Position numbers and translations under genes: made by a program. The notes beneath the pieces were generated by a model that had not been told where the DNA came from, did no database searches, and worked only from the letters and a program-made list of their open reading frames with translations. From the NCBI RefSeq assembly GCF_009914755.1, contig NC_060932.1: a stretch of DNA of 64,000 bases. One strand, written 5' to 3'. This stretch comes from the human T2T-CHM13v2.0 reference genome, Homo sapiens. This document shows, piece after piece, positions 14,835 to 28,290 of this stretch. How positions within the stretch are numbered: the stretch's first letter is position 1; each line of letters begins with the position of its first letter.

Positions 14835-14903
14835 AGTATTTTTGTATCCGCAGTTGGTTGAATCCCCAAATGCTGAACCTATGGATTCAAAGGGCTAAGG
14901 GTA
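14835..14903 (+). mobile_element. MER8-like Tigger right-end fragment
   Basis: atccgcagttggttgaatcc..atgctgaacctatggat..aagggc resembles the MER8 3' end. Confidence 0.6.
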
Positions 14904-16479
14904 CTGCATTATTTTCTGCTAAGCCCAAGACTGCCTCAGTGTCTTTCAGTCTGCGCCCTGGCAAAGCAGGACCAAAACAAACAGCAGCTACTCCATGGAG
15001 TAGTCAGAGGCAGAGCCAGCACCTCACTTAGCAAACTCATTAAAGAGCTCTAGGACCTTTCCAGGTACTTCAATCTGTTCCAGGATTCCTGATGATTTCT
15101 ATTTCAATCTTGGATGTGCTTAGCTGGTTAGAATCAGATTCCAATGAACACTAACACTCAAAGATAGCATTCAGGACTTGAGTTAGTCCTGACCCAGATC
15201 TAGGGTACCTTTGTCAGCAGCTGGTATTCAGCTAAAGACACTCTGTGTCTCCATTTATACTGTAAGGATCTGAAAATCAAAACCTAGCTCAAACTGTTAA
15301 GCATCTACCTTGCTCTCAACATCTTCAAAACATGGTCAGGATTGAAATTCCCTCAGAATATAACAGTTCCTAAATTAATGCTTCCTATTTTTTGACATTT
15401 CATCTACTAAAACACACTCCCCAAAACAAATTTAATGAGCAAATAAAATCAGGCAGACAACTTTTTATCGTATGAGGATGGTTAAATTAAACAAAATGAA
15501 ATTACTCAAGCAACAAAACTTAGCACAGTCGCTTCATCAAAGAAATGATATTTTAAAATGAAAAAGAGAGTGGATGTCATCTCAGAATACTGGACAACTG
15601 ACAGATTAGTATTATCATATGTAAATATTCATTTTGTACGAGCTCATAAAAATTCATCACCAGTCCACAGATACATTTGATGTGCAAACATAGAAACTCC
15701 CAGGTAAGACCGGCGCAAACAGTGTTCACTCAAGGGAAGCAGCTTCTACAATTTCCACTCACACACACCACTCTCCTGATTTCCTCTCCTCTCCAGCCTT
15801 CACCCTACTTTGTCACAATTCAAAGAATTAAAACCACATTGATGTCAGCTCAAGTATTCATCACTTCCTTCTCTACCTAGTTTAATGGCATACTTATAAA
15901 TGGGGCTGTTCTTTCATTGAAACATCTATTTCAATTCTTAGGGATTAGCACAGCAGACAGTCAATAGAAGTAATTCAGTTAGGTGACTGTTTACAAGTTT
16001 TGTTTATGTTTTTTACAAGGATATGTTCTTAAGGGCCACTCTTAAGTCACTGGAAAACATGTTCCTTTTGAACCCATCTATCCTACCTTCTGAAATCAGT
16101 GATAATCAAAAGCCAAAATAGCATAACAACCCAAGTTCTTCAGATTTATACCAGGCAAGACAAAAAGCCCAGAGATATCCTGAAATTTTATAAATTACAT
16201 AGCAGTAACATGCCCACATTTAACTATAGCTACAGTGACAAAAATATAGCATCATCATCAAATGTTTGCCATCCATCTAATGCATTATGCATCATAAAAT
16301 ATAACTACAAAATGCCCTCAAATTTAAAAGCCAATGATCTAAATAGACTTACTTATATAAGTTTATTGATTAGATGCTATATTTACACACTCAAATTATA
16401 TCAACATGCAGCAAAAAATATACAACAATATCATTAGTAAAGTTCACACATTTCCTAAGTAAAATATATGTGTGTGTAA

Positions 16480-17470
16480 AGAATATAAATTTGCAATTCC
16501 AAGTCAAAGCATATATAATTAAATTAAAGATTGGCTAAAGATTTAAACATATAAACAAAAAGATAAATGTCATGAAAAATTCATTAAATATTCTGTTAAG
16601 CACTGGAGGCCAGGAGATCTTTTTAGCAATACATAAAACCTGGGCACCAAAAAGGTAAAGGAAAAACAACAACAGGTAAGTGTATTTGACCATATATGAA
16701 TGAAGTGTGTATGTGTGTGTGTGTCTGTGTTTGTGTACACATGGTCAAAGACACTTTAAATGAAGTCAGAAGTGAAACCACAGAAAGGGGGAGACGTTTT
16801 ACGTGTTTTACAACACATATAAACCAAAAAGAGACTACATTGTTAACATATAAAGGGCTCCTACAGATTAATATGAAAATGGCATTCTAGTAGGAAATAA
16901 ACAATTATTAGATAATTTATAATATCTGTTGTATGCAAAAAAAAGCAAATCTCTAATAAACATGAATAGATGTGGAAACTCCCTAATATTCAGGAAAATA
17001 CTAAATAGACAGGCAACAAATACCATTTTTACCTAGCATTAGGCAAAGTTTAAAAAAAGAGTTAACATACAGCATTGGTGAGAATGCTCAGAATCAGGCA
17101 CTCTTCTTGTTTGTGAAAATGAAGTACCACAGGTATTGCAGAAAATTTTCCAATATAACTTTCTACATTTTGAAAAACGCCAAGTTTTATCATAGTAATA
17201 CCATTTAGGGGGAACTATCCTACAGATATAAAAGCAGTAGTGTCAAAGCATCTGTATTCAAGGATGTTTGCTACAGCATTATTTAAAGTGGCAAAAACCA
17301 AAATGCAGTGTCAATGTTTACCACAAGGAAAGCAAACGGGTATATTAACGCCTCATTCATACAGCGAAATATTACGTGGCTATTTTAAAAGTGTTTTTAA
17401 AACACTATATAATTAACAGGAAAATAAATACAAGTTGTAGAGTAACATGGATAGTACGTTTATATTTTCA
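16480..17470 (+). mobile_element. Ancient L1ME-like ORF2 3' region
   Basis: catataaagggctcctacagattaat, taccattttacc, cattggtgagaatg, aaggatgtttgctacagcattattt motifs. Confidence 0.7.
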
Positions 17471-17744
17471 TAACAGCCTCTTAATCCCCTACACAATATG
17501 TAGGAAATTATGAAATATAAAGATTTACATACATATACATTTACATATAACATATTACATATGTTAAGCATTTCCTCCAATGCTGGATGTTAACTCTTTT
17601 TATAAACTTTGCCTAATTCTGGCCAAAAATGGTATTGTTGCCTATTTAGTATTTTTCTGAATATTAGAGAGAGTTTGTACATCTATTCATACGTTTATTA
17701 GAGACTTGATTTTTTGCATAAAACAGATATTTTAAATTATCTCT

Positions 17745-17857
17745 TAACATATGTTACATGTCATATATATGTAATATATGTTACATATATTGCATGTTAT
17801 ATATGTGTAAATATATGTACACCTTTATTCTATATTTTATATATATGTTATATATAT
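17745..17857. repeat. TA-rich degenerate microsatellite
   Basis: Repeated atatatgttacat-type units. Confidence 0.7.
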
Positions 17858-19526
17858 GGCAAAAGTAGTTCGAAGGAAAAAGTTAAAATATATAATGTAA
17901 AATGCATGAGTCTAATGTGAGAATTAAACACTGTTCCATATATATCATCATACTATATTGAAATTTGGCTAATAGCCCAACAATTGGGCTATTTAAAGCC
18001 TCTGTAATGGGTCAATAGCATCATTAGGAACCCCCAGCAGGAGACATGCCCTGAAGCTCGCCTGTTTCCCTAGATACCTCTTAGACTAGTATGCATTGTC
18101 TGGGTCCAGGATCTGGTACCACATCTTGAGAGTATATAAACCTAACTCAGTCCCCGTACAGAAAAGGACCTACCCTCATGGAAGAGCTCATGTTCAACCA
18201 AGGGAGACATAAAATCTGAATAACACACTCCTTAAAAATATAATTTTAATCAGAATAAAATCAAAACACTAATGTATACATTTACCATGAGAAATAAGGC
18301 CAACTGTTCTTTCAGTGGTCTGAAGAAATTAGACTGGTAGGATAGCTACTAGTTAGTAGCAGTTAGCAATTAATTCCTGGGGTAACTGTTTTAACAAACT
18401 AAAGAAATTGTAATCCACAAGTTTCCTATAGGATGATATAAATTGGAGAATAAATCATAATCAAAAGATTCCTTGGCATCTAAATAATCTTACATTTAAG
18501 GCCAGTTAAAGCTCCAAATATTTGAATATATCTAAGGAAGACTGTTCATTGGAAAAAAACGACTTCTGTTTGGCAGCATTTGAATGAACCAAATGTATGC
18601 CTCCGTAACACCCATTTTCCCAAATTTCCATCACTGAAAATCTCTTATTCACAACTATATTTCTCCCTTTTGTATCTTCTAATATATTCAATCATGTTAT
18701 AGCCCAGTGTTGCCATGTTGAGAACCATTTTCCCTCTTTCAGGTGCTTTGATATCTATATACTGATTGATTAGGCATTTATCTTACAACTTAACTGTATA
18801 AAAGGCCATCTTATTACCCTCATTTCCAAGTTCTCAGAGGCACTTCATTGCATTCCCCAAATACTGACAGTAGGCTATATTGCTACTCTTCAGAGAGTAC
18901 TATTTAACATATGCACCATTATTTTTAGATTGATTGCTGAATCATGCCAGTCTTATTGAGACACATTCAACTCTTACATTTTCTAACTGTGAAAAATAAA
19001 ACATTATTTACAAAGAAGAATTGTCATAATGCAGTCATACTTCACTAGAACTCACAGAATATACAAAAAGTGATTCACAACATTACATTCAAAATACTTG
19101 CCCTGTTCCCTTGACTCACTAAATCTACACTGTTTAAGTGTGAGCAAAGGATCCATTTCCAAAGATAGAAAACACAACCTCTGAATGAGGATGCAACCAA
19201 CATTCTGAAAATGCGGCTATATACTTCGAAAAAATAACAGCATAATTATTTTATCCTTCTACCTTAAATATTTAACAAGATGTTGAGTGAAACACTTCGG
19301 TTGCTCCAAAACTGTCAAACAGGGTCAAAAAGGCACTAAGTACCTTGTATTCTGAGTGGAGCCACTAACATTTGGAACAAATAAAATGTTGACTCTTTGG
19401 ATCTATACTGATGCCTGTGAGGCTTGCTGGGCCTCCTCCCTGCACAGGCCAGCTGGAAGATAACTAGGTGTCTCATAGCCTCTTTCCATCTATGAGAATG
19501 GAACAGAAAAAGCAATGCATTGCCTG

Positions 19527-20033
19527 TTTTCTTTGTTAACTTTTATTTGGGTTCTGGGGTACATGTGCAGGTTTGTTCAATAGGTAAACTGTGTGTCATG
19601 GGGGTTTGGGGGTTTGGTGTACAAATTATTTCATCACCCAAGTAAAAAGCATGCCACTCAATACGTAGTTTTTTAATCCTCTCCCATCTTCCAAACTTCA
19701 CCCTCAAGTAGGCCCTGGTTTCTGTTTTTCCCCTCTTTGTGTTCATGTATTCTCATGGTTTAGCTCCCACTTACAAGTAAGAATAAGCAGTATTTGGTTT
19801 TCTGTTCCTGTATTAGTTTCCTTAGGAAAGTGACCTCTAGCTCTAACCATGTTACTGCAAAGGACGTAATCTTGTTCTTTTTTATGGGTGTGTAGTATGC
19901 CATGGTATATTACATTTCTTTATCCAGTCTACTGTGTTCTTCATACCATTTTCTTTATCCAGTCTACTGCTGATGGGCATTTAGGTGAATTCCATGTATT
20001 TGCTACTGTGAATATTACTGTGATGATCATACT
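19527..20033 (-). mobile_element. 5'-truncated L1PA15/16-like 3' end
   Basis: ggggtacatgtgcaggtttgtt...caccctcaagtaggccc...tttagctcccacttacaagt; TSD core attgcctgtt at 19519-19528 and 20039-20048. Confidence 0.92.
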
Positions 20034-20637
20034 CAAGAATTGCCTGTTAAACTAATAATTCAACGTCTAACTTAGCCATCCTCTCCCCGCTTCATTCGAA
20101 TCATATAGGCAGGGTGGGGCCTGCAGGCTGAAGGTAGCTAGGTCTTCACCTCTGGCTAAGTTTTAAGGAATGCTGCTACAGTTCTTGGTAGATCTCTTAA
20201 GCACATTTTAGTCCTCAGTTTTAAAACCCAGTTGTCAACGTGGGGTTAATATAATCCCATGCCATCAGAAACATAAATGTGGCTTTGTTGAATATTTTTG
20301 AATAACCAGTGTCCTGAATTGGTGACCACATTTTCTGAACAATAACACAACATGATCTTCCCTGTTGGAGTATGATTTTCATAAAAATGGTCAGAATATG
20401 TGAGTTATGAGTATACTGGAAAACTTTAAGCTATGTTGTGGATTCATTACCCTGAAAATGAACTTTAGGCCATTCTATCACATTAACTGATTGAGAAAGT
20501 AGTTAAAAATGTAAATAAAATCCAACAGAATGCAGTTTACTAGTAAAACAATAGACCAATAGATTATATGGGTCAGCAAGGGTAAGTTATTTAAGTTGTA
20601 TGAATAGCTGTAAATACATTCACTTATATACTATGTA

Positions 20638-20850
20638 CATGGGCTCTTTAACACAGGGTTACATCCTGATAAACCCATTGTAGGCTGAGGATTTTGCAAT
20701 CTGAAAGTGCGTCCCTTTTCAACTTAAGATGGGTTTATTGAGACTTGACCCCATTTTAAGTCAAGGAGTGTACTGAAGGCATATCCCTCTCACACCATCA
20801 TAAAGTTGAAAAATCATTAAGTCAAACCATTGTAAGTTGACAATTATCTA
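20638..20850 (+). mobile_element. MER47B/Tigger5-like element
   Basis: gggttacatcctgataaacccat and its internal inverted copy atgggtttattgagacttgacccc, ending caccatcataaagttgaaaaatc..aagtcaaaccattgtaagt. Confidence 0.75.
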
Positions 20851-21482
20851 AATCTCCACATTATAACACTTCAGACATGAAAATCAAAGCACGAGCTATG
20901 CTGTTCACAGTTCCTTTTAGGCAACCTGCAGTATGTGCCATCATAAGTGGAAGACATAAGCATCAGTCTTTGAACCACAGAAGCCTCACTTCCACTTCCA
21001 TCCTGTGAAAGTTTGTGCTACAGAGAAGCACCTTATTCAAGTACAACATGCACAAGGAAACCCCATGAGAATGAGAGACTTAAAAACAGGAGCTGACATG
21101 GTTAGGCAATGTTGTGTGTGGGTGGGTGGGGGGGGTGGGCGGGGACAGAGTAATCCTTATGATACATTTACAAGCTGAATTTATGGAGAACACAAATCAT
21201 AAATAAGACAAACTATGATACAAGAAAAATCTATATAGATCAAATTTGCATTATGATCTTCCCATTTCCTCCATAACCTTTGTCAAATAGTAGTCTTTCC
21301 TAATTAATTATCTCACACCTTGTGTGAGATCTATGGTAGATACTCAATTATAACTTATAAGGTTGTGTTTTGTATTACTCTAAGGCCTCTGTGCTTGGCA
21401 GTCATTCTAAGCACTATCATGAAGAGTTGGTCAAAGTTTAATGATTGGCAAGAAAGAAAATTCTATTTTGGATCAAGACTAC

Positions 21483-21965
21483 TATGGTGCTTAATTTTAG
21501 GTGTCAGTTTGGGTGGATTAAGGAATGGCTAGAAAGCTAGTAAAGCATTCTTTCTGGATATGTCTGTAAGGGCGTTTCCGGAGGAGATTGGCATGTGAGT
21601 TGCCAGACTGAGGGGGGAGATCTACAATCAATGTGGGCAGGCATCATCCAATCAGCTGGGGCCCAGATAGGACACAAAGGGGAATTCTCTTTCTCCCTCT
21701 CCTGAAGCTGGGACATCCTTCTTCTGCCCTAGAACATCAGAACCTTATTGTCTCCAGCCTTTGGACTCAGGAACTAACACCAGTTACCCCCTCAGGTTCT
21801 CACACCTTCTGCTTCAAATTCAGAGTTACATCATCAGCTTCCCTGGTTCTGAGGTATTCAGACTTGCACGGAGCCATGCTATTGGCATGCCAGATTGCAG
21901 ATAGGCCTCTCATGGGACTTTTCAGCCTCCATAATAGCATAAGCCAATTCCCCTACTAAATGTCC

Positions 21966-22014
<49 letters not shown>

Positions 22015-22079
22015 TCATTCTGTATACTATTGGTTCTGTCCTATAGGGGCTATCTCTCTCAAGAACCCTGACTAATACA
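21483..22079 (+). mobile_element. ERVL solo LTR (MLT2B-like) containing (TA)n
   Basis: ttaattttaggtgtcagtttg...aatgtgggcaggcatcatccaatcagc...agaaccctgactaataca terminus; perfect (AT)n at 21968-22011. Confidence 0.9.
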
Positions 22080-22454
22080 ACTACATTTGTTTTGATTTAC
22101 TACTGAGTCAAGAGCAAGCAGAGGAAAGGATATTGATGTCACTCTCATGGTGAGTATATGCAGAACCATGAAGCCTCCTCAGTTCCTCACAGTGGTCAAT
22201 ATAGTCAAGCAGAGCGTAGACTCTAAGATGGAGATGTCAGTAAACTGTTCATTGGGCTCGTTCTCTCATAGGCTGCTAGTCTCGGAGTGGCCACGTATAC
22301 TCCTCGCGCATCACAGAAGGAAACGCTGCTCTCCGCAGTCCCAAACTTTGCATTTCATTTCTAACTGCCCTGTAGCCAATAGCAGCAGGGTGGTTTTTGC
22401 ACACATTAGTGTGTTCCTCCATGATGTGCCTCAGGTATTTCCACCTGTGTAATT

Positions 22455-22568
22455 GAGTTCTCCCTCTAAGTTATGAACCACCAGGCAGGGAATGAATCAT
22501 CTTTTTCTTTTGTACTCTGCTAAGCGCCTGGCACAATGTATGCATACACAGCCGGTGTTCACTATGTT
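22455..22568 (+). mobile_element. L2 3'-end remnant
   Basis: ggcaggga...tcttttgtactc...gcgcctggcacaatg...gtgttcactatgtt. Confidence 0.55.
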
Positions 22569-22622
22569 ATTCTCTTAACAGGATTGGCACTGCTTCATAC
22601 TCAAACCAGAGAAGTTTGTTAG

Positions 22623-22931
<309 letters not shown>

Positions 22932-24429
22932 TGCCTCTTTCTATAGTTAGGGTTTGAAACATAAAAGGAACTTTTGAGAAGGAAAACCAAAAAAATCTTT
23001 GTATTTCTTTATCCAGCCTCTCCCCATCTGAAAAAAAAGAAAAGTAACCCCAGTACATCAATAGAGTTTAATCCAACTTTGAAAAGCAACACTCTCATCT
23101 ATCATACAAGTGATAGTGTGATTGTCTGGGGAAGGACAAGCTGTTCCTGCCGTAAGCGAAGGAATGAGCACAGAGACAAAAGCGAAATATCCTGGAAGTA
23201 TTTCAAATTTCTTAGTGGACCATTAGCAAACACACAGTGAGGTAAATCTCTGGATTTGGTTGGATGGCACCGTTTTTATCAGTGGCTGACATCAAACAGT
23301 GAGATCGATTTAGGCTTATAGTGCACCAGAGAACATTGATTGGATCTTTTTTATTTATTTGTCCCCTTATAACTCTTTCTTTGTCCTGATGTGGACAACC
23401 TCTACAAGACATAAAAGCGCTCAGTCTCTGATCCTTTATAAAAGATGCTCTGCTACTGGAAAAGTGGTGTGGTGCTGAGGTAAGGGACAGTGTTGAGGAG
23501 AGTCAGCATCACTTTATAACTGCACTGAATATAAAACTTGTATACTTCCGTTAGTAAAGGCGTAGTGCCCCTTCAGTGCAAATAATAAGCTATGGGCCAT
23601 GAGCAAGAGCAAATATCATTAAGTATTTTATTCACTGTGTTTAATCCATTATAGATGACACCTGAAAGAAAAGCATTAAATATGATGTTACCTCACAAGG
23701 ATCCTGTAATTTTAATGCATGAGACATCAGGGCATCTCGTTCAGTATAACTTTGACTGCAAGCACAGCATTAATGTTTTAATAAGCCATTTAGTTTGCCT
23801 TATAGGCAGCTACTGAGCAACAGGAATTTCTTTATAAAATTCATCAGATTGATTTTTGAAATCTGATGATGTGAGTTGATCTAATTATCTTTGTTCTACC
23901 TCTCTCCAACAAAGCTGTATCTAATGATACTAACAGCATTTTAAAGGCATTTTTGCATTGTTTGAAGAAGGCAAGCCTTCTGAAACTTCTTCATTATGGA
24001 GAAGGACAGAAGAGAAGCTTCCACAGACCATAGGAGGTACAGGGTTAAGGAGGAAGAGACTGGTACTATTCTTTTCTTTAAGCAGAATGACAGTATTTAT
24101 TCTCTTACTAAGCCTGATCCTAGAACTCATCAAGATTTAAATTACTGAGTGAAGGAGGCATATGGAAAAAATATCATAATCAATATTGCCTAGTTAGTTG
24201 AAACAGAAACTGTCAAAGGACTTTGAATTATAATAAGATGATGAGAACTGGGTATTCTCTCTCTCCTAATATACTGGCCATAGGAAATTTAATAATCACA
24301 ACTCAGGAGGCCATCCAAGTCCTAAAATTCACTCATACCACTAAGAAGGAAACAGAGAGATTATTAACTCTGTTTGAATGGAAAACTACTTTGAAAAGAT
24401 TGTCCTCACACTCATCTGTCTTATCTTAT

Positions 24430-24452
24430 GAGAGAGAGAGAGAGAGAGAGAG
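24430..24452 (+). repeat. (GA)n microsatellite
   Basis: Perfect GA run. Confidence 0.9.
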
Positions 24453-24499
24453 GTCTCCGCTAGATCAAACTATACTATTATTACCCTTCTTCCCTTCTC

Positions 24500-25090
24500 A
24501 ATAAAAAGCAGAGCCTGGTAGTCTTGACTTCCTTAGATGACATTTATCCCTTAACCTACTCCAGGTAGTTTCCACTGTTCCTTTTTAATAAAAGTGCTCC
24601 TGCCAAGGTCACTAACTACCTCCTATTTTGCAAACTCTGTGAATACCTCAAGCCTAATGTTACTTTCATCAGCAACATTTCACAAGACTAAGCCTTCTAT
24701 CCTTCTTGAACTCTTTCCTATTCTGACTTCCACACCCAGACACTGCTGGTTTTTGTTTGTTTTTGTTTTGCTTGCTTGCTGGTTTTCACACCCGTGTGTT
24801 TCTTCACATTCATTCTTTAACCCTGTTACAGCTTTTTTTTCTCTCTCTCTCTCTCAAAATTCCCCTTGAAAGCCAGGATTTCTCCACTTTTTTTTCTTCC
24901 TTCTGTCTCTTGTGTTCTCTTTTCCCTCTGATTTCCCCTGAGTGATGGTAAGTACAGGCATATCCACAAAGATTCCCCTCACATACTGCCAAATCACAAT
25001 ATCCAAAGTACATTCGGTACATTTCCACTGAAACTTACACCGCCCAGAATTTGCTCTCTCAATTTCTCAACCAGAAAATCAAGAATTAGC
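24500..25090 (+). mobile_element. L2 internal remnant
   Basis: gctcctgccaaggtcactaactacctcc, tcagcaacatttcaca, tccttcttgaactct motifs of L2. Confidence 0.65.
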
Positions 25091-26274
25091 CTGAAAAGAT
25101 AATTAAAATAGCAGTATATATACTAAGTGTTTTAGCTGGAAGCTGTGTTTTCACATTTCTCTTTAAACTACGAGATGGTAGTACGGCAATGATAATAGTA
25201 GCTATAAAATATTTTCGCCTTTCAAGGAAGAAGATACTGATAAGATTCTCTAGGGAAAAGTAGTAATTAGAAATATTGCTGTACTTTTGACCTTAAAGTA
25301 TGCAAATTGAATTTTAAAAGTACAGAAAATTAGGTCTGAAATATGTACCTATTCCTTTAAAAAGAAAAACCTTCACTCTATGGACAGGAGAAAAAGTTAC
25401 TGTGTAAAGAGAAGACTGATTTCACTTCACATGACTGATTTGTCTAGAGCATGAAGATTTATTATCATAAGAAGTTATTATTTCAGGAAACTAAAGATAA
25501 AATCAATACTTTGGAGATCATTAAATCTTGGCATGAATTGAGCACTGAAGGCAAGATATTTTATTGAGACATGGAGACATTTCTATTTTGTGAATTCTGG
25601 AGGTCATTTTGCTGGCACATTTAATTTTGGCCTAAATAAAGGCAAACAAATTATCTTTTTGGATTATCTCTACTCAATGTTTTAACAATATGTGCTACTC
25701 TACATTTAATTATAAAGTTTTGTTTTGCTCTATAATTGTGATCAATAAAACCAAGGCAGATGAGAAATGAAGTAATAAAGGTTTATAGTCAATATAATAA
25801 TTCTGGAACAAAAATCGTTTCATCCAAAGTATAAAAGAGTTTGGCAAAAGATCGGAAGTTAAGGTAATTCATGTTTAAGACTGCTGTTTTAAATGTAAAT
25901 AGAAGTGAACTGTTTTTTCTTTAAGAGTAACCAATAATAAAAACACCAGGTCATTTCTTTCTTAATTTTATCCTTTTCAAATACTGGACCCAGCTACTAA
26001 AGGCTTTCAAAACAGATTTCAATAAATCAGGATCCAAATGAGTCTAAAACAATCCTGAAATACTAAAACTATACTCTCTCCAGGGGTAGTGTATTTTCTT
26101 TTGCAATATGAATTCCATCTTCTGGAACATTCAATAAATAAATGGCTACTCTCAGGTCCATCTTGCAGAGAAAATGAAAGATAGGCCAGAGGGTCTTTAC
26201 GGGAAACAATAAGTAGGAACAAACCAAATGATGAAGTTCTGTATTGCCAAGCACATGTATAATGTTTTATGTAT

Positions 26275-26421
26275 CTCCCTCCCTCTTTGTCCCTCATTTC
26301 CTTCCTTTTTTCTTTCTTCCTTCCTCCTTTCCTCCCTTCTTTCCTGTTTTGTTGTTCAATCTTCTCCCCTCTCTCCTCTTTCTCCCTTCCCTTCTCTTCT
26401 GCTCTTCTTCTCTTTCCTTTT
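26275..26421 (+). repeat. CT-rich polypyrimidine low-complexity tract
   Basis: Nearly pure C/T. Confidence 0.85.
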
Positions 26422-27984
26422 ATCAGAAGTGTCAAGAAGACCAAGCACTGGATATCTTTAACTGTTGATAATCACCATTAACATAACATGTTCTTTAGCA
26501 GTATCTTTGAGCAGTAACATTGGATAAGTCAAGTGGGTTGTGTTTTCAACTTGGTAAGAGAAATAATACTTTTACAGTTAGGATGTTGGCAAAAAAAATC
26601 ATAGTTCAGAAAAAAATTCCAGAAATACAGGCACTCATGTAGAAGCAAGATTTGAGAAATGTGAATGTGGTGAGCCAATGTAAAACATAAAGCAATACAT
26701 AAGAGTTGAATGCATGAGGATACGTAGTCTAAAAAAATTTAAATTTAAATCTGTATTATTAATATTACCCATAATGAAATTGGCTTAGAAGTCTAATCAA
26801 AAATGTAAAAGGTAGGTTAAATAGTTCATAACAGAAATAATTAGAAGTCTTAAATTTAAATGGAAAGAGCCAAAATTAATGAATACTCTAGGCTAAAATT
26901 CAAAGTTTTGAATGTAGATGAAAGTCAGTCAAAACTGGAGAGCAAAGGGATACAGTAAATAGATAAATGAGTAGTGCTTCTGTTAGCATCAACAGTGTGG
27001 AGAAAATAACATGAAGGAGCCACATTATTTTTAAAATCTGGTTGTTATTGTGTTTGGGAGGATGTTAAACAGATGGCCTTAATGTAATCTTATGTTTAGT
27101 CCCATTTATCACAGAATTTGAACTAAATACAGACTCTCTTTATAGTTATACCTCAATCATATTTGTTATGCTGACTTAAAACATGAATTATTAATTTCAT
27201 GTAAAATAATTCATAGAAACTGGTTAGGAAATAAGCTGCAAAATTAGCATTAAGAACATTCTAAAATTATTTTATTTTCCTATATTTTTCTTGTATGTGA
27301 ACTCAAGATTTCTAATAACTGAATTTAAATCACTATAGTGCATGTCAAATTCGTTGTCAATAGGTAGAGGAAGGAAAGAGGATATTTTTATATACTGACC
27401 ATAATAACTTATTCTTAAATACTTCTGTGGGATTATATGGTGAGATAATAAATGTATTCACCACAAAATCATTCCTAAATGCAGCTGTAATATGTCAAGA
27501 ATTATCTGATAAAAGTGAGTTTATCAAAATTTAAATGTAGAAAACATCACAGCTGGTTCAACGTCTCAAAAACTAATTAATTACCAGCATATACTATGAC
27601 TAAATGATCATTTGTAATTTACAATGATCAAATGATTAAAGACACATGCTTTTATAAATAGCAATACTCCAAATTTACAGGTTATTTCAAGAACATGAGA
27701 TCTTAACTTTAATGTATCTGTGCGTATAAAAATCTTTGTGATCAGATCAATGGCATATTATTAAACCCATAAATTAGTCATGTATAGCAGAAGAAAATTA
27801 ACCTTTTTTATATTAACATTTTCAAATCTGTCCTAAAAAGGTAACTATTTTATTTCAAACAAATACCATTTGCTTGCCTAGTGGGCATTCTTAAGCATCT
27901 GATTGATGTGCCTATCATAATTTATGAATTCATTTGATGAGAATTTTTTTCAACTAACATAATTCAATTTTATTTGATACTCAC

Positions 27985-28087
27985 CTGGTGTTCACTCTGC
28001 ATCTTGAAGTAAAATATTTTTTTCTCAACATTAAGATTTCATCAAAAATGAAAGGTAAGAATGCTGGGGTCAATTATAGTTTCAGAC
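27985..28087 (-). other. Candidate 103-nt spliced exon (non-coding or 5' UTR)
   Basis: Minus strand: ttttagtgtgttagtttatctag|GTCTGAA...GAACACCAG|gtgagta; consensus donor; stops in all three frames across the exon, two ATG-initiated frames open into the donor. Confidence 0.4.
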
Positions 28088-28290
28088 CTAGATAAACTAA
28101 CACACTAAAATATATTTTTTCATAAATCCGAGTTACTCCTAATCATAATCTGAATTATCATTACTGTTTTGTTATGTCACCAAGAAAACAGGAATTATAA
28201 GCATCTCTTGGCTTACAGGTTAGACAGTATTACTCTGGCTTTGGTTTATTTTAAAACCAATTTGAAGTTATATCTATATATGTGACTAAG

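Noticed and set aside
18494-18633. Minus-strand exon candidate (ttttcag| ... AAT|gtaaga)
   Set aside because: Very short pyrimidine tract, weak exonic donor bases and stops in all frames; indistinguishable from background pseudo-exons.
26019-26481. Overlapping K/E/R-rich and F/S/L/P-rich ORFs up to 141 aa
   Set aside because: Artefact of the stop-free CT-rich low-complexity tract.
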